From Lama guanicoe (lineage: Eukaryota), in assembly GCA_013239625.1 (NCBI GenBank), contig MU054220.1:868848-932847 (forward strand): 64,000 bases of DNA, given 5' to 3'. The translations under genes and the position numbers were made by a program. Shown here in pieces: positions 54,181-64,000 of this stretch. How positions within the stretch are numbered: position 1 is the first letter of the stretch; each line of letters begins with the position of its first letter. A model generated the notes under the pieces. That model saw only the letters and a list, made by a program, of their open reading frames with translations, was not told the origin of the DNA and did no database searches.

Positions 54181-55529
54181 CTTGGTTCTTGAAAAGAGTT
54201 GATGATAATTAATGTGAAATACTTATTACACATACACATCTTATATTTACAGATAAAAATATTCTTTCAAATATCATGCTATACTGTTTGAAATACTATA
54301 ACTGATACTGTAATTATTATCATTTACATCATATATTTAAAAAAATAAGAAAACCAGAACAGCATACTAAATTAGACTAAAACCCTAGTCTTCCCATATA
54401 CCCAGTCAAGGGAGGCAGTTTTAAAGAGCATCAATGTCTGTCTAATGACAGAAAAAGCACAATATAGAAGAAAATAAGCATCGTTTGGATTTAGAAATTC
54501 AACTTCATAATAGCAGGAATTGTTTCTCACATTGTTAAAAAATAGGGGTCTCTAGAGTTGCTCTTTTCTCATCAAGGTATCTCATCTATATGTTTCAAGA
54601 TTTAGACACCAGATTCGTAACTACGTTGACACATGTGATTTTTTCTCTACTTCTCTAAAGGAAGAAAAGAGGAAGTTGAAAATTTGGATAGTGTTGTCTT
54701 CCACAATGAATAGTAACCTACTAACTTGAAATTGTCATTTCTTCCAAAAGCCTCCCCAAAGGACATTTGGCAGCATGAAATCTGGGAAAACACTAACTCA
54801 TAAAGAGTATATATTTATTTATTGTCCCCTATTTTTCACCCAACTTGTGAATTTGCAAATATTTTTTAAAAGTTTCTTTTAGACTTATATTAACTCAATA
54901 GTACTTATTAAGCACCTAATAGGTGACTGCCAGTGTTCTACTCACAACATAAATGAATAAACAAAATCCCTGCCCTTATAAGGATTATGATCTTATGGGG
55001 AAAATAGAGAAAATAAAAACCAAGGAATAATTTTTAAAGTTAGCTTGTAATCATTGATGTTAGAGGTATAAGCAGATGAAGAGTTAGAGAAAAACTGAGA
55101 GGGAATGACTACAGAAAGTCATCAGGAAAGACTTGTCTAAGGAGGTGGGAGTTCATCTGAAAGTAGAAGAAAATGAGATGGAATTTGTGAAGCAAAATCT
55201 CTGGGAAAGAGAATTCCAGCAGTGAACAGAGTAAGAAAAGCAAAAGCCCTAAACTAGGAATTGTTTGAATTATTCAAAATATAGGTTAAATATGGAGGGA
55301 GAAAGAGAGACAGAAAGGAGAGAGAGAATGAGAGCTATCAGAGCCTCAAGAAAAAGGATAAAATATAAAATATACTTCAGAGGTAGTCAGTAATATGATT
55401 GGAATATTAAGCAGATTTGCATTTAAACCAGATTTGCGTAATTGGTTACTGTGTTCCAGGTGGATTAGAATGAATGGAGAGTGTAAGACCTCATTAACCT
55501 TTTGGCAAGATTTCTTCTTAGCATGCAAG

Positions 55530-56459
55530 CTAATGACCACACAACATCTCTTGTTTCATCCACAGTTTCCTCATGGCGTTTTTCACCTCTGTGTTCCTCA
55601 AGGTGTAGATCAAGGGATTTAACATGGGTGTGATGATAGTAGAGGACACAGTCATTGCCTTGTCTATGGGGTACGTGACAACAGGCCTCACAAACAAGAA
55701 AATGCATGGCACAAAGAACAAAATGACCACTGTGAGGTGGGAGCCACAGGTGGAGAGAGCTTTATGCCATCCTTCAGAGCTGCAGGAGTTCAGGGAGCAG
55801 AGGATGACCATGTAGGAGGTGATGAGGATAAGGAAGATGGCCAGACACATCACCCCACTGTTGAGGATGACCAAGAGGCCCAGGATGTGGGTGTCCATGC
55901 AGGCCAGTTTCAACAATGGAAACAAATCACACATAAAGTGATCAATGACATTGGGGCCACAGAAGGGTATTTGATATATAAATAGAAGCTGTATAACTGC
56001 ATGGAAAAGTCCCCCCAGCCAGGCCCCTCCCAGCAACAGACAGCACACCCGAGGCCTCATGATGGTCATGTAGTGCAGGGGCTTACAGATGGCCACGTAG
56101 CGGTCATAGGCCATGACAAAGAGAAGGATAATCCCCACTCCACCAAACAAATGATCTGCAAAGAGCTGGGCCATGCAGCCTTTGAAGGAGATGGTAGTGC
56201 TCTCAGAGAGGGAGTCCACAATCAACTTGGGGGCAATGACAGAAGAGAAGGTTGTATCCATGAGGGAAAAGGAGGTAAGAAAAAAATACATAGGTGATCT
56301 CAAACTCTGATCTGTGACCATGGTTACCACAATGAGGAGGTTTCCCAAGACGGTGGACACATACATGATTAGAAATACAGCAGAGAGTATTTTCCTCAGC
56401 TCTGGATTCTTTGTAATGCCCAAAAGAATGAATTCAGTCACATTGTTGAGATTCTCCAT
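55530..56459 (-). CDS. OR4C6: Olfactory receptor OR4C6-like, intact 309 aa
   Basis: Full [54 protein letters not shown] and KLWMK match what I recall of human OR4C6. One-to-one orthology is not established. Confidence 0.9.
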   Translation of the reverse strand: MENLNNVTEFILLGITKNPELRKILSAVFLIMYVSTVLGNLLIVVTMVTDQSLRSPMYFFLTSFSLMDTTFSSVIAPKLIVDSLSESTTISFKGCMAQLFADHLFGGVGIILLFVMAYDRYVAICKPLHYMTIMRPRVCCLLLGGAWLGGLFHAVIQLLFIYQIPFCGPNVIDHFMCDLFPLLKLACMDTHILGLLVILNSGVMCLAIFLILITSYMVILCSLNSCSSEGWHKALSTCGSHLTVVILFFVPCIFLFVRPVVTYPIDKAMTVSSTIITPMLNPLIYTLRNTEVKNAMRKLWMKQEMLCGH

Positions 56460-59400
56460 TCACTATGGTCTGATATAAGCTTATCTCCCTGAGCTGGAAA
56501 ATCTACAAAAAAAATATTTTTAATTATTGAGTGTGTTGGACATTATTTTGCAGTCTATCTTACACCGTCTTGACCTACCTTTTCTCCAGCCATGGATACA
56601 GCAACCAGCTGCTAACAATTATATTCTGAGAACAGCTTAATCCTGCTAATCCCCCCAACATCACTTTCCAGTGTACCTCTTGCTTTCCTTCCAGACAGTT
56701 GCTGCTTGAGACACTTAAAAGACCCTTCTTCATCACTTACATACACCTGGCTCTATGAAGAATTAACATACTTTCGGGAAACCCTCGATCATTAGTAGAC
56801 AGGAGCCAGTGGATAAGTGGTAACCAGCTTAACACAATCTTGGATTCACTCTCTGTCCTTCCCTGTTTCACTCACCCCATCTACTGCCTCCATTCTGTTT
56901 CCCAACAAACTACCTACACACAAGCCCTTCACTCACCCACTAACTCTGAGGAAGCTCAAGCTGGGAAGCTGACCTTAATCTACCACTAGTCACACCCAAG
57001 TACATGAACTTAAAACATCTCGTTCAAATTCTCATTCACTTATTCCATATACTTATTGAGCACCTAGAATGTGCTAGTTGAAGAGCCTACAAGACAGAAG
57101 GGTCATATCCCAAAGACTTTCCACTTGTTAAGAATCTATACTTTTTCCATTTACATTTCTTCTTCTCCAGGTGGATTATTTTTACATTCTGTGACTATTC
57201 AATGAATCACTACAATGTTTCAGGCAATGGAGTATTCTATTTTCTTCACTTAGAGGTAAGATATTAGGACATAAAGAGGCAAAAAAAAAATGACTGTAAG
57301 TCACCACAGCTAGTAAATATTGCAAATCCAGATTTTCCTGAATCAAAATCAATACCAATAACAAGCAACATTTTTTCTTTTATGATAATATTGAGCAGGA
57401 ATTATGAGTACAGATAATTCCATTTTGAAACACAAGTCCTTCACTGTTACACTTTACCACTGAAGAAGTGAGCAGTGGCCTCAACTGGCTAAATACAATT
57501 GTTAATAGAGTCAAATGATGTGGTAAAAGAACTGCTTCATTGGCAAACTTCTCTTTGCTTGGGGTACTTAAGCAGAGGCTGTCTGTAACTTGGTAAAAAT
57601 ACAGTAGAGACCATTGCTTTTAACAGGGACATAAGCAACTCATTCTCTAAGACTCTTCTAAATACACAGAGGCCCATTCTTAGAATCGTCCCTCTTACTA
57701 AACAAACCACATGGCTCCCAGGATGCTCTTCACAAATCTACAATATGGCTTTAGGCCAAGAAATTAAAACATTCTTTAATAGCCCCAATGAAGTAGAAGG
57801 GACACGTTCTGGGAAATGAGGATGGTGGGGTTTCATTCCAGGTTGTCCTTCTAACTCCTAGAATGTGTTGTTACATTGTTTACCACTCTGGAACCCAGTT
57901 TCCTCATCTGGAGGGTCAGGCCATTGTGGTGAAGTTTTCAAGAATGAGGAGTTTGAAGGAGCTGTTTTAGGGACTCTGTCCCTTTGAAACACAGCAGCTT
58001 GGCTCTTATCTGCTTTAAATGTTTACACTTCAAATTAAGATTCCCTTTGCACCTTCTCATGACTTAAAATATTTAAAAGCAAAATAGTCTAGATCAAATA
58101 GATAATAATACCTCTTCTGTATTAAAATCTGTGACCTCATCACAGAACTATATTGACTGCTGGTCCACATCTCAACTTCCCAGTCTGAATTCAAGACCCA
58201 CCCCCTCCCCAGAGTAGTCAACCTCATATTTCTCTATGATTCCCTCCCAGTGCAGTCAAGCCCACCTCTTACTGCCAGAACACACCTCAGTCTGTTCTGT
58301 ACGGTGGGAAAGGCCATGGGTTCGAGGGTGAACAGACTTAGCTCTCCACTGCAGTCAGGCCACTTACTGACTGCAGAGTCTTCAAGTCCTGTGAAAATAA
58401 AATAATGCAGCAGCAGTTAAAGTCAGTATGTGTCAAGGAGTTATTATTTGAGGTTTCTGTGCTAAGATCTTCATGGTTTTCTTTTTTAATTCCCACAGAA
58501 TCCATATGAGATATGAACTAGCATTGTATTTAGCGTTTTCTAATGCAGTGGATATAGTTTGCAGAACCTGTGTAACCTGCCCAATGACTCTTGGTGTCTA
58601 TGGGATTAAGTTCATCACTCAGGCTACTGACCAGTATCCTCTCAGCTCCTCCAAGAATTGTATGCCCTGCCTCACAACATTTCCATGGGGATTGAAGGAA
58701 GTAACAGGCATGAGAATGCTTGGAGAACACTAATAATTCATCATGATTATCTTTTTATTACTATAAGCTCCTGACTTCTTGCTTCCTATGCCTGTGCCAT
58801 CTGTTAAACAAATCCATTGCCACTCCTCTTTCAGCCTCACTTCATGCCCCAAGACCTCCTTCACCTGTTGCCCTGGATAACTGCTATGTGTGTGTATAGG
58901 CTGCAAATCAGTTTTCATTCAATTAGCTCCTTAGCTAATTTTTTTTAAATTTCATGTTGATTTTAACTCCTATGTGGATGCTTAGGGAGAGCTAATTGAT
59001 TCTCTTTCCATCAAATTTTGAATGTGGTACTGTGTACACACTAGTCATTTAAGTTCATTTAATTACATTCATGAAGTTGAATTCATCCAAAGAAAACTTC
59101 CTAGAACCACGGGGCCCAGGCAAACTAGTGCCAGCTTCTGTGTCCAGAATTGAGACAGCACTGTTCTCAGAGCCTGGCTGCTCTTCCTCTGACAGTCAGG
59201 TTGAAAAATGCCATTTACCATCTTCCAACTTTACCATTTTCATTCCTAGACATACTTTAGCCAAAACCAAGAGCTGGACCACACCTGGACTCCCAGTTGA
59301 GTGTTGAATCACTGCCTTCAGATCCTCTTTGTGATGTTGTCTGTTTCTTTCCAGTGCTCCTGTGAAATGCCATTGCTCAAAAGTCTGCTCATATAAAGAA

Positions 59401-60090
59401 GTGAGGAATTACATTTCTTCATTTGCCTGATTATTACCTAGACTGTACGTATGTCTCATTTAATAGCATGTCTGTTAGTACAAGGGATTCAAGGCAAAGC
59501 CCTCTCCATAAAGAGGGAGTCAGAATGAGCACTCCTGAAATAATGCACGTGCAAAATAAGCTCCAGAAGGGGAAATGTCAGTATGCTTTATAGAATTCAA
59601 AAAAGATGAAATGAGCCAGCCCTTGACAAGAGAATTCAGACAATTCTACTCTTATAAATTTAAAATTTAGAAAGTGAACAAGAAGGACAAGAGTATGAAC
59701 AAGGCAAGAAGAAAGAAGGAGAAACATGGTGTATATGGTTGAAATTTATGAACTTTGACATCAGAAAAACCTGGATTTTATTACAGACCTTCCAGGGTTA
59801 TATTTAATTAGAAATTATATATTCTGTCTACATCTCAGTTGATTTATTCAGAGTTGTTGCACATTTATATTAAGTTCCCAGTGTTATAGCTTGAAATTTA
59901 TTATTCAAAATTATAAACGTTGAAATGGGATTACAATGTTAAATTATAGCTGAAATGTTTACTAAACATTGCAATGTCCTGGCATGTTTTGTGTGTCTCA
60001 TAAAACTTAGTCATATTCACCCCTATTAACCTGAGGTATGAGGTGTCTTGAATAGATGCACCTCGCCAGACCAATGTTCACTTGGAAATA

Positions 60091-60694
60091 TGTGGGAGCC
60101 CATGACTGGGTTAACAAATTGTAACAGATTCCAGCCGCTTACTTCCTTAAAGATGTGTTTAGTACCTGCCTTGAGGCTTTAGCAATGACCCAGGCCCCCG
60201 GCTATAAACGCTGGGCGTGCCTGCTCTTAGTCTTCTATCCCCAAAACAGCCTTGGGCTGGAATGGCAAAAAGCTGCAGGCTTAGAGGTGAGAAGGCTGGT
60301 TAGCCAATGACGGTAAGACCCCCTGAGGGGGCCACCTAAAACAGGCACAGCCACCTGAGTCCAAGAAAAATCTTGTCAAGCAGCTGATTCCCATACATTC
60401 CGCCCTGATGAGCTGAAAGGCTCAACACGATTATGATTCACCAAAAAGGGTCTTCTGACCTTGAGCCAAATGCCAACAACAAACAAAGCCTTTGTACTCA
60501 TTGTGATCCCACCCTGCCCTTCCCTAAATTCCCGCTTCGACTGTACTCAATAAATATGAGAGATTTGAGAGGCTCATGGAGTTGGCTCCCAACTCCCTCT
60601 CCTTGTGTTGACTTTTCCCCAGAGTCTTGAGTAACTCACTCCATCTCAGTGGGACTTCTGCTGACCAGAACCCACAACTGGTGATGAACCCACA
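60091..60694 (+). mobile_element. ERV LTR with 6-bp TSD
   Basis: TGTGGG...CCCACA termini, TATAAA ~60203, AATAAA ~60549. GAAATA is duplicated at 60085-60090 and 60695-60700. Absent from the inverted paralog near position 100. Confidence 0.9.
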
Positions 60695-60779
60695 GAAATA
60701 AGTAGTAAGCACTATAACCTTAAAGAAACCTGTATACATTCTTAATTTTTCACAGAGGTTAGTTCTTTCTTCTCTTTTA

Positions 60780-60944
60780 AATCTGTTTTTATATATAGTG
60801 GCTAACATTTGCAAATCTCAAACTCCCAAATTTATCCCTTCCCACCCCCTTTCCCCAGTAACTGTAAGATTCTTCACTATGTCTGTGAGTCTGTTTCTGT
60901 TTTGTAGATGAGTTCATAATGTCTTCTTTTTTCTTTTTTTTTTT
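60780..60944 (-). mobile_element. Young L1 3'UTR fragment running into the gap
   Basis: tatgtctgtgagtctgtttctgttttgtagatgagttcat; minus-strand peptide-like STKQKQTHRH typical of this L1 3' end. Confidence 0.8.
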
Positions 60945-61748
60945 NNNNNNNNNNNNNNNNNNNNNNNNNNNNNNNNNNNNNNNNNNNNNNNNNNNNNNNN
61001 NNNNNNNNNNNNNNNNNNNNNNNNNNNNNNNNNNNNNNNNNNNNNNNNNNNNNNNNNNNNNNNNNNNNNNNNNNNNNNNNNNNNNNNNNNNNNNNNNNNN
61101 NNNNNNNNNNNNNNNNNNNNNNNNNNNNNNNNNNNNNNNNNNNNNNNNNNNNNNNNNNNNNNNNNNNNNNNNNNNNNNNNNNNNNNNNNNNNNNNNNNNN
61201 NNNNNNNNNNNNNNNNNNNNNNNNNNNNNNNNNNNNNNNNNNNNNNNNNNNNNNNNNNNNNNNNNNNNNNNNNNNNNNNNNNNNNNNNNNNNNNNNNNNN
61301 NNNNNNNNNNNNNNNNNNNNNNNNNNNNNNNNNNNNNNNNNNNNNNNNNNNNNNNNNNNNNNNNNNNNNNNNNNNNNNNNNNNNNNNNNNNNNNNNNNNN
61401 NNNNNNNNNNNNNNNNNNNNNNNNNNNNNNNNNNNNNNNNNNNNNNNNNNNNNNNNNNNNNNNNNNNNNNNNNNNNNNNNNNNNNNNNNNNNNNNNNNNN
61501 NNNNNNNNNNNNNNNNNNNNNNNNNNNNNNNNNNNNNNNNNNNNNNNNNNNNNNNNNNNNNNNNNNNNNNNNNNNNNNNNNNNNNNNNNNNNNNNNNNNN
61601 NNNNNNNNNNNNNNNNNNNNNNNNNNNNNNNNNNNNNNNNNNNNNNNNNNNNNNNNNNNNNNNNNNNNNNNNNNNNNNNNNNNNNNNNNNNNNNNNNNNN
61701 NNNNNNNNNNNNNNNNNNNNNNNNNNNNNNNNNNNNNNNNNNNNNNNN
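60945..61748. other. Assembly gap
   Basis: Run of N. Confidence 1.
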
Positions 61749-63709
61749 CCTTTGAATCATGCGTTTATATACACACCTATCAAATGCTCAGCCAGCGAGC
61801 AGGAGGTCAGCTTAGTGGCTCCTCAACACTTGGCAGGATGCAAGTTCCTGAATTGACTTAAAGAGAAAAGTCTACCAAAACTATTTTCTAAAACACAGCT
61901 CTAACCAAAAGTAGAATAGTTTAATTAAAAACATTTTATTTCTAAGAGTTATAAAAGTAAAACATGGTCAATGGAGAATAGTTTACAGAGATAGAATGAG
62001 AGAAAGTTTTCAGTCAAAGGACCACTCCCAAACATAAGGGCTCACTTGACCCTCTATCAGTAGTTCAGTGCACGCTCTTCAGATCTGCATTTGTGTGTAG
62101 CTTTATGTACAGTCATTTATGTGTTTTACTCCATACAGAAATACATAAAAATATAATCTCTGTCTAAAACTAACCTGTACAGACCAGACGCTCCTGTTCC
62201 TTCTTTTCCTAAGACACAGCCTCTGAAATGTAAACACACTATTTTAGTTCCTAATCTCATGATCCGAATAGAAACCAGAAGGCAGACATTTACATTTCAG
62301 TTATGTCAAAAGAGATTAAAGCAAGTTAAGCTAAAATCTATTGATAGCTCAAGGCAGTCCATCCTGAGGCTGCAATTTGCTTATACACATAAAACAGGTG
62401 AACTCCTGGCACATTTTAAACATTATCATGCATGCATGTAAGTGATTCAATAAGACTATTTCAATGATTTCAAAATAGTGCTTCAAATTAAAAAGAACAT
62501 GTTTCATATACTCAAAAAAGTTGTTAACATCAACTCCAAAGCTCAGTCTCATGTCACCTCTGTAACCTCTGAAAGGCAGTCACCTGGTGGTCCCTCTAAG
62601 AAGAAGGCAGACATTGTGCAATTAAATTTTCTAGGATCATGCTCGGGTAACCGAAGTTCCAGCCCCATCCAGGATATACTTACACGGACTTCCACCTACA
62701 AAAGAGCTGGGAATCATGACACATTAGGATATCAACTCAGCAAATCTAAGCCTGGAGGCAGGTAAATTAGGACCTGCAGTGGGAGCAGATCATTCAATCA
62801 CTACATGAGGAGTTATTTTGATAGGACCAGAGTTTCTAATGATTGTAAAGAGAGAATTAAAACAGATGTTCTAAGTGTCCAAAGATTTATATAGGAAACA
62901 ACTCTTGTGGATGACAAAGGAATTCAAATTTCATCAAAATGGGAAAGGTTGCCCCCTCCCAAAAAAGGCAGACAGATAAGCTGTTTACGAAATCATGGAA
63001 CTGTGCCAGTTAGCTGTATTTGAGTTTATTTTGTAAACACTTTCCAGTCCACATCTTACAAGAAACATCATTACTAAGATGTTCTCCTTTGGGTAGCAGA
63101 CTTGGGCTAAAAGAGGGCACGGTGCCAGTTTTAATTGGCACAGGATTTCATCATGTGCAGACTTGCATCATTTCAACGACATCCCTTTGAGGCTGTGTCT
63201 GTACTGACGGAGGCACCAATCACCACGCCAGTGAAATCCCATCTGTCCCTGCGACGATCCACTTCTCCCAGGGGCAGAGCGTCACTGGAGCCAGGCCAAG
63301 CCGACGCTCCACCCTCACAAAGCCAGGTCATGCTATTAACAGTTCAATTAATTTGTTCAACAACTAAGTTCTTCTTCAATACAAGAATGGCCACACGATT
63401 ATCTGCCTGATAATATACATGAAGAAAATCAACAGGACTTGTTCTTGGCCACCTACCTCATTCCAGGCCCAATTTCTCTATCACCTAATGTGGTGCTCTC
63501 CACGTCCTTTAAGGCTGTTATTAAAGTTGTATCACATGTATCTGCAGGAGAGTTGCCGTTATACAGAATTCAAACGTTCCTCAGCCAGAAAGAAACAAGG
63601 ACTAAAGTTTTTCTTACTTCATAACAGTTAGTGTTTTCAAATGACATGTTTTCAATTTAGAAATATTTGGGGTTATAGCCTTCATTCTTTTTCAGCTTTC
63701 AGTAGTAAA

Positions 63710-63765
63710 ATATATATATATTTATATATATATATTTATATATATATTTATATATATATATATAA
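63710..63765. repeat. (TA)n microsatellite, imperfect
   Basis: tatatatatatttatatatatatatttata... Confidence 0.9.
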
Positions 63766-64000
63766 ATATCTTACATTTACAGTACACTTCACAGATTCCA
63801 GCTGATTCATTAGCATCATTGACCATACATTCTAGGAAGTTTCTTGAGAAAGAAGACCTGTCAGTTTTACTGAATATGGTCCTCACAGGTGATGGGCCAA
63901 CATCTGTGTTTGGATGACCTTTACTAACATTCTAAAGTTACTCCGTGCTCATAGCTAACCATTTAGACAGTAGTTGGGACAGTATGCCTTAAACTTTTTA

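Larger units (their letters stand above)
54870..60775 (-). repeat. OR4C6-like duplicon, copy B
   Basis: Inverted homolog of ~40-4530. Carries an extra ~1.1 kb (57850-58945) and an LTR (60091-60694) that copy A lacks. Confidence 0.88.

Noticed and set aside
60789..61760. Long ORFs spanning N runs (also 2005-2428)
   Set aside because: Artefacts of assembly gaps.
63135..63631. Adjacent 91- and 70-aa ORFs as a gene or retrocopy
   Set aside because: No recognisable domain, no poly(A)/TSD, and the first has no ATG start.
1..64000. CRISPR array, operon, defence system or other new multi-gene system
   Set aside because: Eukaryotic OR cluster; no regularly spaced repeats and no unexplained long ORFs.

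Overview
Mammalian DNA, most likely camelid (a Vic-1-type tRNA-derived SINE and camelid-type L1 3' ends, recognised from memory). It comes from a gapped assembly and covers part of a class II olfactory receptor family 4 (OR4A/OR4C) cluster. There are eight single-exon OR loci. Five have intact ORFs: two near-identical OR4A-type genes, one OR4C-type, one OR4A47-like and one OR4C6-like. Three are pseudogenes: one OR4C6-like and two OR4A47-like. They sit in AT-rich DNA rich in L1, L2, MIR, MaLR and ERV LTR remnants. The window is built from duplications: an inverted OR4C6-like duplicon at both ends, a direct ~8 kb OR4A duplicon and a tandem triplet of OR4A47-like units. I do not see a new protein-coding or prokaryote-style system. 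The most notable signals are (1) a 681-bp perfectly identical tract inside two otherwise diverged OR4A duplicates (gene conversion or assembly collapse), (2) a chimeric middle OR4A47-like gene consistent with unequal crossover, (3) a conserved homeodomain plus O/E composite motif ~1.9-2.1 kb upstream of five OR4A loci, (4) a likely L1 3' transduction, and (5) an LTR whose end looks like a collapsed provirus. Percent identities and repeat subfamily names are eyeball estimates, not computed results.
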